Shown here piece by piece: positions 1 to 10,588 of a DNA stretch of 64,000 bases (positions within the stretch are counted from its first letter, which is position 1; each line of letters opens with the position of its first letter). The notes under the pieces are model-generated. The model made no database searches and was not told the origin of the DNA. It saw only the letters and a list, made by a program, of their open reading frames with translations. Made by a program: the position numbers and the translations under genes. Origin of the DNA: Pelagomonas calceolata (taxonomy: Eukaryota); contig CAKKNE010000001.1 of assembly GCA_918797485.1 (NCBI GenBank), positions 5,518,001 to 5,582,000 on the forward strand, read 5' to 3'.

Positions 1-878
1 ACGCCGAGGTCGTCGTCGCCTCGTGCATCGGTGCCCACTCATTAATCGAGGCGGAAGCGGGGCCGTTTGAGCTGGTTGTATTGGATGAGGCCGCACAAAC
101 GACTGAGCCCGCGTTGTGTTGTGCATTGGCCGCCGCGAAGGCGGAGCAAGTGGTCTTCTTCGGGGACACGCGTCAGCTGCCACCGACCGTCGTGAGCGGT
201 GATCGCGAGCTACGGTATGCGCTCGGCCGCTCGCCGATGGAACGCCTCGAGCGGAGCGGTGTTGAGTTGGAGACGCTTCACGTGCAATACCGCATGCCTC
301 CCGCGCTTGTCGAATTTCCCTCGCGGCACTTCTACCGAGGCGTGGTACAAAGCTCCGACAGCGTTCTGCGACGGGTGGTACCGCGCGGTTTCGTCTGGCC
401 CGTGGGGGGGCTGCCACTGGCATTTTTGGACCTTGACGGAGGAGAGACGAAACACGAGGCCGGATTTTCGAACGCGCCCGAGGCCGAGATCGTTGTGGAA
501 GTCGTGTCTGAGTTTCTCAGAAAAGAAGAGGGGAATATCGTGGTCCTCAGTCCGTACGCAAAGCAGGTTAGTAAGGTGCGTACTGCGTTGAGACGCGCCG
601 GCGTCGAGGGCGTGCGTGTGGGCAGCGTCGACTCCTTTCAAGGCCAGGAGGCGGACATCGTGGTCTTCTCGGCCACGCGCTCGAACCAAGACGGCTCGCT
701 CGGATTCGTGCGCGACGCCCGGCGCCTCAACGTGGCGCTCACGCGCGCCAAGCGAGGGCTCGTAGTCGTGGGAGACGCGGTGACACTGTCGAACTCGCAC
801 CATTGGAGCGCTCTCATCGCATCGTGCAAGAAGAGGGGCTGTGTTGTTGACCTGAGGGCTACTAGTAGTGATGTGTAA
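1..878 (+). CDS. SF1 (UPF1/DNA2/NAM7-like) helicase, C-terminal part; 5' end lies outside the window
   Basis: Motifs DEAAQ, GDTRQLPP, LHVQYRM, SVDSFQGQE and RRLNVALTRAK are typical of UPF1-like SF1 helicases. Stop at 878. Confidence 0.9.
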   Translation, partial: AEVVVASCIGAHSLIEAEAGPFELVVLDEAAQTTEPALCCALAAAKAEQVVFFGDTRQLPPTVVSGDRELRYALGRSPMERLERSGVELETLHVQYRMPPALVEFPSRHFYRGVVQSSDSVLRRVVPRGFVWPVGGLPLAFLDLDGGETKHEAGFSNAPEAEIVVEVVSEFLRKEEGNIVVLSPYAKQVSKVRTALRRAGVEGVRVGSVDSFQGQEADIVVFSATRSNQDGSLGFVRDARRLNVALTRAKRGLVVVGDAVTLSNSHHWSALIASCKKRGCVVDLRATSSDV

Positions 879-892
879 CATACCCAAGAGTG

Positions 893-2689
893 TTATGACT
901 CCAACGCCTCCACCGCCGCGGCCTTCAGCGCCGACAGGTCCGCGTCGGACAGCGCCTTCGTCGCGTCCACGGACGTCTCCGGCAGCGCCGCAAGCAGCTT
1001 GTCGACCTTGACCGACGCGTCCTCGGCAGAAACGCCGTCGAAGAGGCCCTGCTGCACGGCGACGGCGACGCCGCAGACGCTGGAAAGCGACCGCGGCGGG
1101 TCGTCGGCGCCGACGCGCAGCGCCGCCCGCCACGCCGCGGCGCGCACGAGGGCCTGCTCGTCGGCCGCCTCCTCCTCGTTGACGCGCTCTCGTTCCACGT
1201 TCGTCGCCGCGGCGAGCTCCAACCGTAAACGGTTGCCCACGCCCAGCGTGACGAGCGCCGGCGGCCGCGTGTCCGTGCCGACGTCGGCGCCGACGCCCAC
1301 TCTTTGTAGAGACGCCGACGCGTCGACGTCGCAGACGCCCTTCTCATTCCTCATGACCTCGACGTGCGCGTCGCCAATAGAAGTGAGCATCTCGCAGGCC
1401 TCCGACCGCCGCTTCGTGCCGGGCGCGTCGGGTCTTTTGTTCGTGTTCGGCGCCGCGACGCCGATCTTCCCCAGGATGTCGTCCGTGATGGCGATGCCCC
1501 GCGCGTCGAGGGCCTCCAGGCGGTCCATGATGGACTTGCGCGCGCCCGCCGCCCGGAACTGGTCGAGCGTGTAGGATTCGGTGGACAGAACCTCCTCCTC
1601 CTTCGGGGGCTCGTCCGCCGTCAGCGCGACGACTGTGAGGGACCCGCCGCCCTGCATGTTGCCCGCCCTTTGGAGGACTGCGGAAAAGAACGCTCTACAT
1701 TCCGAGTCGTCCCCCAATCCCACGTTCTCCGCGCCGAACCGCTCCGCCAGGATTGATGTCGACCGCGTCCACAGGTCCACGAGCGGCTCGAAGCCGTCCA
1801 ACACGACCAACGCATCTTTGCCTTGCGCCATGGCCTCGGCGCCGTGCGCCATCGCCGCGTGGGCGCAGAGGACGGCCTCGCATTCCGACGCGAAGGCCGA
1901 CGCCCTTTTCCTAGGTGCCACGATGCCCGTCTCTCCCCAGAACTTCTTCTTCTGGGAGCGCTTATTGCCCGCTTCGTCGAGACCCGCGTAGATCTTGACC
2001 GTGTCGGGGGACTGCGCCGCGACGGCGACGCGTGCCAGTCTCCTTAGGGAAGAGCGGGCCTCGGGCGGGCCCACATACAACACGCTCTGGCCCTTGCCGA
2101 GGGGCGTCATCAGGTCGATGGCCGGGACGCCCACGCTCACGAACTCGTCGATGGGCGCCATCTGGGCCTGCTCCAAACCCTCCTGGAAGATCTTGTAGGA
2201 CGTTCCTGCAACAGCACCTTGGCCGTCGACGGCACAACCGAAGGCGTCGACGACTCGTCCGGCGAGCTTCGTGACGTCCACACTGTTCTCCATCTCGCCG
2301 ACCATGAACGCGTCGGCCTCGCCGCCCGACTCGCCGGATCTCAAGGCCATGCGCCTCAGGGCTAACGTCGCGTCGTCGACGCCCGCGTCGTCGCCATCAT
2401 CATCAAGACACACGACGCAGAGCGGGCTCCGCGTCAGCACGACCGTGCCCCGTCTTCCGTTCCCCAACTCCAAGCGGCTGCCCGCGACCACGTCGGCCCC
2501 GCCGACACCCGCCGTATCCCTTATGACCGCGACGCCCGGCTCCGTCAGCACCACTTCCCCGATCGCGACCCTACTTTCATCGGTTTTTGTTGCTGCTAAC
2601 GAGAACCGCCTCCTCGGCACGGGCCGCACTAATGCTATTGCCGAGCGCGCGAGCGACGCGGCGAGGTAGTAGCGCATGATGCTGCGCAT
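893..2689 (-). CDS. Divergent F1 ATP synthase alpha/beta-family paralog, probably organelle-targeted and non-catalytic
   Basis: GRVVDAFG..VDG, VGVPAIDLMTPLGKGQ, GKDALVVLD and GGGSLT segments match the F1-alpha nucleotide-binding domain. No GKT Walker A. N-terminus is signal-like. Confidence 0.7.
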   Translation of the reverse strand: MRSIMRYYLAASLARSAIALVRPVPRRRFSLAATKTDESRVAIGEVVLTEPGVAVIRDTAGVGGADVVAGSRLELGNGRRGTVVLTRSPLCVVCLDDDGDDAGVDDATLALRRMALRSGESGGEADAFMVGEMENSVDVTKLAGRVVDAFGCAVDGQGAVAGTSYKIFQEGLEQAQMAPIDEFVSVGVPAIDLMTPLGKGQSVLYVGPPEARSSLRRLARVAVAAQSPDTVKIYAGLDEAGNKRSQKKKFWGETGIVAPRKRASAFASECEAVLCAHAAMAHGAEAMAQGKDALVVLDGFEPLVDLWTRSTSILAERFGAENVGLGDDSECRAFFSAVLQRAGNMQGGGSLTVVALTADEPPKEEEVLSTESYTLDQFRAAGARKSIMDRLEALDARGIAITDDILGKIGVAAPNTNKRPDAPGTKRRSEACEMLTSIGDAHVEVMRNEKGVCDVDASASLQRVGVGADVGTDTRPPALVTLGVGNRLRLELAAATNVERERVNEEEAADEQALVRAAAWRAALRVGADDPPRSLSSVCGVAVAVQQGLFDGVSAEDASVKVDKLLAALPETSVDATKALSDADLSALKAAAVEALES

Positions 2690-2880
2690 CGGTGTCTAGC
2701 TGTTGGATGCGTCACCTCTGTTGCACGCGTCACCTCCCGTCACCTCCTCAGCGATGCAGGTTAATGCTGCGAGCAAGCGATGCGACCTCAGCTGTATCAG
2801 CAGCGGTGTCAACTGCAGCGATGCCACACTACACAGCGATGAAATCGGCGTGTAACACTAGTGTGTATATACATTAGCCA

Positions 2881-3570
2881 TGGATCCTAAAACAACGGGT
2901 TCCTTACACCAGCGATTGACGACGCCATCTACCGTCCAAATGGTACATCATATCAACTCCAGCCCAGTTTTCATCCACAATCGACGGAACCGCGGCCGAC
3001 GGCCCGCGCCCGGAGGGCGGGAGAAGAGTTCTACTAGACAACTCCCGAGTTTATGTTCGTTTTTATCCGTTTGTTGGTGGTAGAGTCCATACAGACCGCC
3101 TGAACACGTACTCATCTATTTTAGATGCTCCGTTAGAGCCGCCGGAATCGACGATTCGGCAGCCTCACGTTTGTACAAAGATGATCCACAAACCTGAACC
3201 CGCGACTATCAGCGACGCCACTATCCAGATGGACCATAACGCCGTTGTTCTATTCACGATCGACCGACTTGCCCGTTCTCCGCGGACGACGGTACGTACG
3301 CGGGGCACCGGAAAGGCCCCAGACCGGTGAGTTATAAAATAAATTTGCGTTTCAGGCGCTTCGGTTACGGGACGGGCCAGATAACCGGCCTGACTGCCTA
3401 CTACATTGCTCCGAGACCCCAAGATGCTCGGCGCGGGTCGACGGACTCGCGACCACAGGATCTTGTGAAATCGGGGCACCAGACCCGGACCTGCGACCAT
3501 CAGCCCGTGTACCTTCACCATGGACCATAACGCGATCATTTGTTTCATTATCGACGGACTTACGCGAGGT
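2881..3570. repeat. Degenerate repeat with ~290-bp period (3 units) in a long intergenic region
   Basis: Related blocks ATGGTACATCA..ATCGACGGAAC (~2940), ATGGACCATAACGCC..ATCGACCGACTT (~3229) and ATGGACCATAACGCG..ATCGACGGACTT (~3519). Confidence 0.55.
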
Positions 3571-4200
3571 CCAGATAAAGATGTTCACGTCCCGAGCGTG
3601 GGCAGCCAAAAGTACCCTTCTTATAATGTAGATGTCATATACTTGTAATTGACTATTGTTGGGGTAGTATGGGGTCCGACGAGACCGCTAATACGATTCC
3701 TGGGGGGTCTCGAGTAATTGACGTTTTGACGGGGGACGGGGCGCCATCGGGTCCAAATTGCACACTTTTTTCGGGGGCAGATCGGCTTCTGGAGGTCTCT
3801 CGGAGTAGGTCTGGTTGTGGGTAAGCGCCTGCACCGCATACGCCGTCGATGCGGCAGTCTAGTGCTCTCAGAGAGCCCTGGAAGCGAGTCCTCGGCAAAA
3901 CCTGCTATTGCTCTGTGGGCTGCTGAGAGAAATCGGCCAAAAATGCTTGAAGCGGCGGCGTATGCGTGGTAGGCGTTTGCACGTGTATAGTACCGACCCT
4001 AGGCGACCCCATGGAGACCTCTTTGGCCGGGATTGACAGGTTTTAGCTGGTGCGGCCGCCATATAGACCGTAGGGCGCCCTCGGCCGCGAATTAAAAAAT
4101 TTAGTTTTTCGGCCCCCCGTACGTGTCCCATTGATCTCTTTGGACCATTAGCGAACGGAACGGTACTCAAACGACTGCATGCCGCGTTTTGGTTTTGCTT

Positions 4201-4225
4201 GCTAGTGTCTTACAAGGCCGCTAGC
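4201..4225 (+). promoter_or_regulatory. CTAG-bounded intergenic motif, copy 1
   Basis: GCTAGTGTCTTACAAGGCCGCTAGC, ~155 bp upstream of the ATG at 4380. Confidence 0.65.
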
Positions 4226-4379
4226 TTAGGCGCGCGCGCAGCCGCAGAGGCCTGGAGGCGCAAAGCCGTGCAAACGGGGCACACTAAGCAGTGGCAGCTC
4301 TTGGTTAACGCCAGGGCTAACGACAGAGCTCGCCTGCCCAGCGTCAGGCGCCCAGGAGCAGCTGTACCGCAGCAGCGCC

Positions 4380-7300
4380 ATGGCGAACCCGACGCCCGCC
4401 CAGCTCGAAGCAAGGCTGAAATACTTCGTGCCCAGACTCAACGCCAGCGTCGCGCGATTAGAAAAGCACGCGGCGGCGCTCGCGGCCGCGACGGTCCGGC
4501 CGCTGCCCAAAAAACGCTGGTTCGCCGCGTTACTAAGAGCGCGCGACGCCCTGGAATACCACGCGAACGGCGATCTAAGGGGTTTGGTTGTGGACGCGAG
4601 CCGCTTCCCCTACGCGCGGAAACGGTTGGTCGTGGCCCGCTACTACAAGGAGGGGAAAAGGTACAGCGGCGAGGCCGAGGACGACGCGAACGAGGCCCAG
4701 CGGAGGTTAGATGAGGTAGACAGCGAGCGGGGCGAACGCTTCGCATTGCAGCTCGACGCCATCGAACAAAGAAAGACGTCCTGCGCGGACGCTCTCAAAA
4801 GATCGACAACTGAAGCGCTGGAGATCTTGGGAAGGGACAGCGCTCTATCTCTAGAATACCCGCGCGAGGAATTGAGGCACGGCTCTACCAAACTGAAACG
4901 CGGCGACGACCTGACGGGCCCCGAGGAGTTTTCCCAACCTCCAGTCAAGCGAGGAAATTCCTCGACCGCCCCCGTCAAGCGAGGTCGCCTGCGGCGGAAC
5001 GTCGCCGCGAGCGACTCGAGTGACGACGAGGAGGGCATCGACGCCGTCAAACGAAAAACGGGCCACGACCCCGATCAATTAGCCAAGGGCTCGGAGGAGA
5101 TGTTCGCGGAGCATACCGAGGGCGAGGTTGTTAACGACGAGAGTAGTAAGGAAGTTGTGGACCTATCAAAGCTCGAGGAGAACGAGGACTGGGAGGCGCT
5201 CGTGAAGGCGGCGCGAAAGCAATTGAGTGATGACCCGATCAATTGCGGACGAGCGTTGGGACGGGCCCTGTCGAACTTAGAACGGGACGAGGAGGCGTTG
5301 GCGGCCTTCTCCAGTGCCTTCGAGGCGGCTCGAGATTATCCTGACGATATCGAGCGAGTGCACATCGACCGCGGCCGGCACTGGCTAGATCGAGCAATTG
5401 CGGAAGAAGACCAACTAAAACAGAAGCACCTGGCGAATGAAGCATTGGGCGACTTTGAAAGGGCCGCGACGCTCGGCGCGCTCCATATGAACGAAGGCGG
5501 CGAGTGGCCGGACGCGTTTGCAAGGGCTAGGTACAACGCGGGCTTGGCGTTCGAGCTGGCGGGGAACAAGGAGGATGCGGCGTGCTCATTTGAGACGGCA
5601 GCCCAGGGTTTCCTGCGATTGCTGGACGAAGAAAGGACCGACGCTGATCTGCTGAAGGAGATGCGGGGGCGGGCATTGGTCTACGCCGGCCTTTGTAGGA
5701 TGGAGAAGCATGCGAACGTAGCTGCGGTCCTGTATGAACGAGCGGTCCTATGTCTGAACGACGTCGCGGCGAAGTGCCCGGGCGTTTTATTGGATGCTCT
5801 ACGCGGTTGCGTTTTTGCGAGGAGGCAGTCGGGTGATACTGAGGGAGCGAAGGCCGCTTCCCGCAATTACGCGGCGGCGGGCGGCGACTTGGATGATATC
5901 GATGAAGAGAGCGATGACGATTCTGTGGTTGATTTGACCGAATTCGAGGTCAAGGCGGAAAGCTTGGAGAGTATTGACGACGACGATTTGTATAACGAGA
6001 TGTCGCAAGAAGAACCCCTGGAATGTTTGAGTGGTGGGTTTGCGCTGAAGGGCCCTTTACAATATGATGAGCGGGAGCCGGAGGCGCCGGGCGACGCGAT
6101 TCGGCGGCGCTTCGTGCACCTGGCCATCCCGACGGGCGTCTCGGTGGTGCGCGGCGACGGGCGGCCGGCGAAGCGGCGGCGCGGGGCTGGTCGTGGTGGT
6201 GGGGGCGGCCTCGGAGGCGCTCCTGCTGGCGGCGGTACAGGGGGCCCCGGCCGCGGTGCCGGGGGCGGCCGCGGCGGCATTGGCGGGGCTGGCGCCAAGC
6301 GGGCAGGCGGCACGGGCGGGCCCGGCGCCAAGCGGCTTCGAGGCGACAACTACGGCTTTGCGCAGCGGCGGCCGTCCGCGGCGCCGACGAAGGGGCGCCG
6401 CCGGCGGCCGGGCGCCGCGCCGCCGCGAAAACGCCCGGCCGCGGCGGCGCCGCGTACTGGCCGCGGTACTGGCGGTACCGGCGCCGGCCGCGGGCCGCCC
6501 GTGCCCGCGGCCCGCGCGGCGCCGCGGACGGACGCCGACGACGAGGCCGAGTTCGAGTTTAGGGAAAGTCCGCCGCCACCGCCGGCGCCGCCGCCCGCCG
6601 CGCCGTCGTCGTCGTCGGACGACGAATCGAGCAGCGACGACAAGCCACTAGAGGAGCTCCGGCCGCGCGCCGCGCCGCGCCGAGCGCCGCGCGCCGCGTC
6701 GCCCCGCGGCGTCGACACGATCGACACGCTCGCGGCCCAGCTGGGCCTCCTCTCCCATCAAGAGAGAACGGAAAACGGGACGCTGACGCTCGGCGGCGCC
6801 GACGCGCGGGCCGTGGCGACCGCGGCGCGGCGTTGTACATCAACGGCACTGGCGCTGCGCTTCTGCCGGGGCGGCGCGGCGCTCGCGGCGGCCGCGGCCA
6901 AGGCATCAAGATTAACGTCGCTGTCGCTCATGGGCTGCGGGCTCGCGCTCGACGAGCTGGCGCCGCTCGAGGGGCGGCTACCCCACCTGACGCGCGTGGA
7001 CCTGAGCGCGAACCTGCTGGGGCGGCGGTCCCCATCGGCGCAGGCGCGGAGCGCGGGCGCGCGCGCACTTGAAGATCTGGCCTTCCGCTGCGACGCCGTC
7101 GACATGGCGCAGGTGTGCGTTGAGCCCCAGAGCCGCGCCTATCCTTTTGATGGAGGCGACGCCGTCGCCGCGGCCCTGGCGCGGGGCCTCCGGAAGCGGA
7201 ACGCGCCGCCCTCGCGAATTATGATACAGGACAACGCATTCACGGCGGGCGCCTGGCGCGAGGTCCTGTCCGCGCTGGCGCTGCGGCCGCCGTCTGATAC

Positions 7301-7847
7301 CCTGGACGTGTCGCGGCCGGCCGTGCTCGGTTCCGCGTCCGAGGCGACGTGGGCGCGCGACCTCTCGGGCGCGGTCCGGAGCGCCTCCACCATTATACTG
7401 GACGACGCCGACGTGCTGGCGCTGCACGCCGGCCGGCCCGCCGCGCGCGGCGTGATCGAGATGCTCTCCGTCACGGGGCGGACGGCGGCGACGGAGCTCG
7501 CGACGGTGCTGGCTGGGCGCGTGGTCTCGGCCGAGATCGAGCGCGTCGCGCCGCACGCGATCCTCACGGAATTGGAGCGCTCCGACGTGTTGAAGCACCT
7601 GTCCGCGCGGGGCTGTCGCCTCGACGCGCGGCGCGTCGCGGCGCTGCTCTGCGCGCCGGCGCTCGAGTTGCTCGACGCGGCGGGCAACGACGCGGCTGGT
7701 GACGCTACGATCGACCTCGGCGCCTGCCTCAGGAACCCGCGCCTGCGGCGCGTCGACTTGTCGGGGAACGGCTTCGATGATGGACAGCGCGCACGGCTCG
7801 CGGCGGCGTTCGGCTGTGCCCCGGGCAGAGTTTTGTTATTGTCCTAA
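4380..7847 (+). CDS. TPR-like + low-complexity linker + LRR protein (Tonsoku-like architecture)
   Basis: 1155-aa ORF with helical TPR-like segments (ARARYNAGLAFELAG), a Gly/Pro-rich middle, and C-terminal LRRs (LTSLSLMGCGL, LTRVDLSANLL, LRRVDLSGNGF). Orthology uncertain. Confidence 0.6.
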   Translation: MANPTPAQLEARLKYFVPRLNASVARLEKHAAALAAATVRPLPKKRWFAALLRARDALEYHANGDLRGLVVDASRFPYARKRLVVARYYKEGKRYSGEAEDDANEAQRRLDEVDSERGERFALQLDAIEQRKTSCADALKRSTTEALEILGRDSALSLEYPREELRHGSTKLKRGDDLTGPEEFSQPPVKRGNSSTAPVKRGRLRRNVAASDSSDDEEGIDAVKRKTGHDPDQLAKGSEEMFAEHTEGEVVNDESSKEVVDLSKLEENEDWEALVKAARKQLSDDPINCGRALGRALSNLERDEEALAAFSSAFEAARDYPDDIERVHIDRGRHWLDRAIAEEDQLKQKHLANEALGDFERAATLGALHMNEGGEWPDAFARARYNAGLAFELAGNKEDAACSFETAAQGFLRLLDEERTDADLLKEMRGRALVYAGLCRMEKHANVAAVLYERAVLCLNDVAAKCPGVLLDALRGCVFARRQSGDTEGAKAASRNYAAAGGDLDDIDEESDDDSVVDLTEFEVKAESLESIDDDDLYNEMSQEEPLECLSGGFALKGPLQYDEREPEAPGDAIRRRFVHLAIPTGVSVVRGDGRPAKRRRGAGRGGGGGLGGAPAGGGTGGPGRGAGGGRGGIGGAGAKRAGGTGGPGAKRLRGDNYGFAQRRPSAAPTKGRRRRPGAAPPRKRPAAAAPRTGRGTGGTGAGRGPPVPAARAAPRTDADDEAEFEFRESPPPPPAPPPAAPSSSSDDESSSDDKPLEELRPRAAPRRAPRAASPRGVDTIDTLAAQLGLLSHQERTENGTLTLGGADARAVATAARRCTSTALALRFCRGGAALAAAAAKASRLTSLSLMGCGLALDELAPLEGRLPHLTRVDLSANLLGRRSPSAQARSAGARALEDLAFRCDAVDMAQVCVEPQSRAYPFDGGDAVAAALARGLRKRNAPPSRIMIQDNAFTAGAWREVLSALALRPPSDTLDVSRPAVLGSASEATWARDLSGAVRSASTIILDDADVLALHAGRPAARGVIEMLSVTGRTAATELATVLAGRVVSAEIERVAPHAILTELERSDVLKHLSARGCRLDARRVAALLCAPALELLDAAGNDAAGDATIDLGACLRNPRLRRVDLSGNGFDDGQRARLAAAFGCAPGRVLLLS

Positions 7848-7850
7848 TTA

Positions 7851-8945
7851 CTAGCTACTCGGTAAGTCCTCCAAGAAGCCCTCGAGCGCCCCGACCAGCA
7901 TGTCCTGCCGCGGCGTGGACATCTCCATGGAATTGTGCCCCTGGGCCATGCCGCGGGCGAGGGCACCTAGCTTCGCGTCGGCGGCGCATTTTACCGGGTG
8001 GTAGAGTTTCTTGCCTGCCACAAGCTTGCCGCCAAGCGTCGCGGCAAAGTCGAGAGTATACTCGGTGTCCTTCGGCCGTCGGCGCCAGCCCTTCTCGTTC
8101 GCCATCGACGCGGGCACGCGCTCGCCTGTGTAGAAATCAAATGGTCACAGCGCGTCTCCGCCACGGCTGAATCATGGCCTCCATGCCATCGACGGATTTC
8201 CACACAGGCGCTCGCCACCGAAGCCTAGCGTTCCGATGGCCGATTCTGGCAAATCGGCCCACTTGCAATCCGAGTCCCCGAGGGAATAGCAGAATTGTGC
8301 AGTCAGAGCCTCGTGGTAGCCCTCGGCCGCGTTCGCGTCGAAGGCCTCTGCCAGCCTCTTCGCGAATCGCCGTGTCATTCGCAATACGGACCAGGCCGTG
8401 CGTGTCACAAGCCCGCTCGTGCACTTTTTGGAGCCGATGCGACATTTCAGGCGCCGTTGTTTCACCATTCCGGGAGATGGGTTCCACGTTCCGTTGACAA
8501 TTGAGAAGCGGGCCACTAGGTCTGCCCCGGGCGGTGCCGACGCAAAGAGGTCGCGCCAGCGGCCCGTGAAGAACACATCTTCCTCAATGTGCCAGGCGGC
8601 CACATATTTGCTATCCGCCAGCCACCGGACGAAGGCCGGCTTGGACACGCCAGACCGCTGGCCGGCAAACGACCGCCACGGACTGGTATGATAGCCGAAA
8701 TACGTGAAGTTTTGCTGCTGCACGACGCCGTAGGTCTGCGTCGCGCTCGCGACCCAGGATTCGTTCGAGAGCGCGTAGACGGGACGGCCGCTCAAACGGC
8801 CGCCGCCGCTGGAGTCGACGATCGCTTCGAGGCGTTGGCGCACGCATTGCCGCTCGGCTTCTGTGCGGTTCTTCGGCCCGACGGGCACCACGACAGCCTC
8901 TCGCTGGCCGCGGACCGATGCGGCGGCGAGCAGGAGGATATACAT
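7851..8945 (-). CDS. Secreted, possibly glycosyltransferase-like protein; two exons (8945-8216, 8125-7851)
   Basis: Signal peptide and a WHIEEDVFFTGRW motif. Removing the 90-nt GC-AG intron 8126-8215 joins LGFGGER to VPASMANEKG in frame. Confidence 0.6.
8126..8207 (-). mobile_element. Introner-like element forming intron 8126-8215
   Basis: Ends CTGTGTAGAAAT...ATTTCCACACAG, flanked by a perfect 8-bp duplication GCGCTCGC (8118-8125, 8208-8215). Confidence 0.85.
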
Positions 8946-8947
8946 GC

Positions 8948-9142
8948 TCAGAGGCCGAGGAAGTACTGCGCTAACGGGTAGAGGACGAAGACGACCGCGA
9001 CGATGGCGAAGAGGATGCCGTGGACGTCGATGTTCGGGAGTTTTGACGGCTGATAGCGAGCCGGTCGCTCTCTTTTCGCGTCACTGAGCCGGTCTCCATA
9101 ATTGCCCTTTTCAATACCAACAGGATTCTTGCCTCGGCCCAT
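8948..9142 (-). CDS. Small 64-aa protein with a C-terminal transmembrane helix
   Basis: ATG-initiated ORF with a basic N-terminus and hydrophobic tail ILFAIVAVVFVLYPLAQYFLGL. Motif copy ~160 bp upstream. Confidence 0.55.
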   Translation of the reverse strand: MGRGKNPVGIEKGNYGDRLSDAKRERPARYQPSKLPNIDVHGILFAIVAVVFVLYPLAQYFLGL

Positions 9143-9301
9143 TTGTGAGTCGGGCCAGCTGGTTAGGACTTGTCAGGCACTTGCTGAGGTCAAGAATTAC
9201 GCTTGACCGCTTTAGAAACGAAAGGACGACGCCAGAGGACAGTCGAGCACGCGTGTATCTCGCGTCGTCAGGAGCGGGGCGTCTCTGCGAATAAGCACTA
9301 A

Positions 9302-9324
9302 GCTAGCGGTGGTAAGACACTAGC
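9302..9324 (-). promoter_or_regulatory. CTAG-bounded intergenic motif, copy 2
   Basis: Reverse complement GCTAGTGTCTTACCACCGCTAGC, between divergent genes at 9142(-) and 9425(+). Confidence 0.65.
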
Positions 9325-9424
9325 CTATTGCTTGAAGGTCGCATTGCTCGTCAGACGCTTCTGCTCGGGCTGAGCAAATAAGCTCGTTCCAGCAGTACTT
9401 TGCCCCACCGCTGCGTGAGCAGCC

Positions 9425-10537
9425 ATGCGCACTGTGCTGCTGCTGCCGCTCGCGACAGCCTTCGTCACGCCGCACCGCCGCATCCCAGCGCTGCAACGCG
9501 GCCAGCCCCTAGACGAGCTTGAGGCGACCGAGTCGGGCGGGCCGCTCGCCTGGTTCTTGAGGAGGGACAACCCGCTCTACGTCAGCGTGCCGTCGAGCGC
9601 CGCCAACTCCTTGATCGCCGAGGACGCCGGCGTTTATGATTTTGAGGCCCAGAAGGAGGGCTGGATCAATTTTTCATTGGCGGTCGGTGCGATCTTAACC
9701 GCATTAGCGGTGCTCTGGATCTACCCCGCGACCGGGTATAGTGATGACGTCTTACATTGGCTTGAGCACGATGTCTGTGGAGACAACTCGCACTTAGTCA
9801 CATTGGCGTTCGGGATTTTCTTCCCCATCGTCCACTCGGGTTTAGCTTCCTTACGACCCCTCGCGGAACAAGTGGTAGGCGCGCGGTTCTGGCGCGTCGT
9901 TTTTGCAAGTTGCTCCTTACCATTAGCCTACTCGTGGATCGTCTATTTTATTGGACACGCCCACGACGGCTTCGAATTCTGGAACGGCGAACCTATTCCA
10001 TGGGTCCACGGTTTAGCATGGACCATCAACTTCCTCAGCTTCTTCTTCTTGTATCCGTCTGTGTTCAATTTGAAGGAGGTCGCCGCGGTAGAAAAGCCGA
10101 AAATCCACTTGTGGGAAACAGGAATAATCCGCATCACGCGGCACCCGCAGATGGTGGGACAGGTCATGTGGTCGGCGGCGCATCTGGCGATGGTGGGAAC
10201 GACGTTCACTTTATTGACGATGATTCTGTTGGTGGGCCACCACGTCTTCGCGGTCTGGAATGGGGATAGACGTTTGAAGGATGAGCACGGTGAACGGTTT
10301 GAGCTGATTAGAGAAAGGACGTCGGTGGTCCCCTTCGCCGCAATATTGGATGGAAGGCAGCAATTGCCGCCGGACTACTGGAAGGAGTTGCTGCGGGCGC
10401 CCTACGCGTTGATTGCCGTCGGGACGTTGGGAGCGTACCTGGCCCACCCCTACATGCAGGCGGGCGCCGCGCTCGTGGAAAACACGGGTCTTGTCAAGGG
10501 CGGGATTTTAGATCCGCTCTTCGCGAGTCTGGGGTAA
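9425..10537 (+). CDS. Z-ISO: 15-cis-zeta-carotene isomerase (NnrU family), plastid-targeted
   Basis: [51 protein letters not shown] and [19 protein letters not shown] bipartite presequence. Confidence 0.93.
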   Translation: MRTVLLLPLATAFVTPHRRIPALQRGQPLDELEATESGGPLAWFLRRDNPLYVSVPSSAANSLIAEDAGVYDFEAQKEGWINFSLAVGAILTALAVLWIYPATGYSDDVLHWLEHDVCGDNSHLVTLAFGIFFPIVHSGLASLRPLAEQVVGARFWRVVFASCSLPLAYSWIVYFIGHAHDGFEFWNGEPIPWVHGLAWTINFLSFFFLYPSVFNLKEVAAVEKPKIHLWETGIIRITRHPQMVGQVMWSAAHLAMVGTTFTLLTMILLVGHHVFAVWNGDRRLKDEHGERFELIRERTSVVPFAAILDGRQQLPPDYWKELLRAPYALIAVGTLGAYLAHPYMQAGAALVENTGLVKGGILDPLFASLG

Positions 10538-10588
10538 CTACTATAGCTAGCACTGTATAGGGGCGTGCTCTAGGCAAAGCAACTATAT

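Noticed and set aside
7847..7851. Very short gaps between convergent stop codons (also 878/893, 25017/25028, 40688/40697, 43776/43787, 62813/62828)
   Set aside because: These imply overlapping 3' UTRs, which are common in compact picoeukaryote genomes and not a distinct system.
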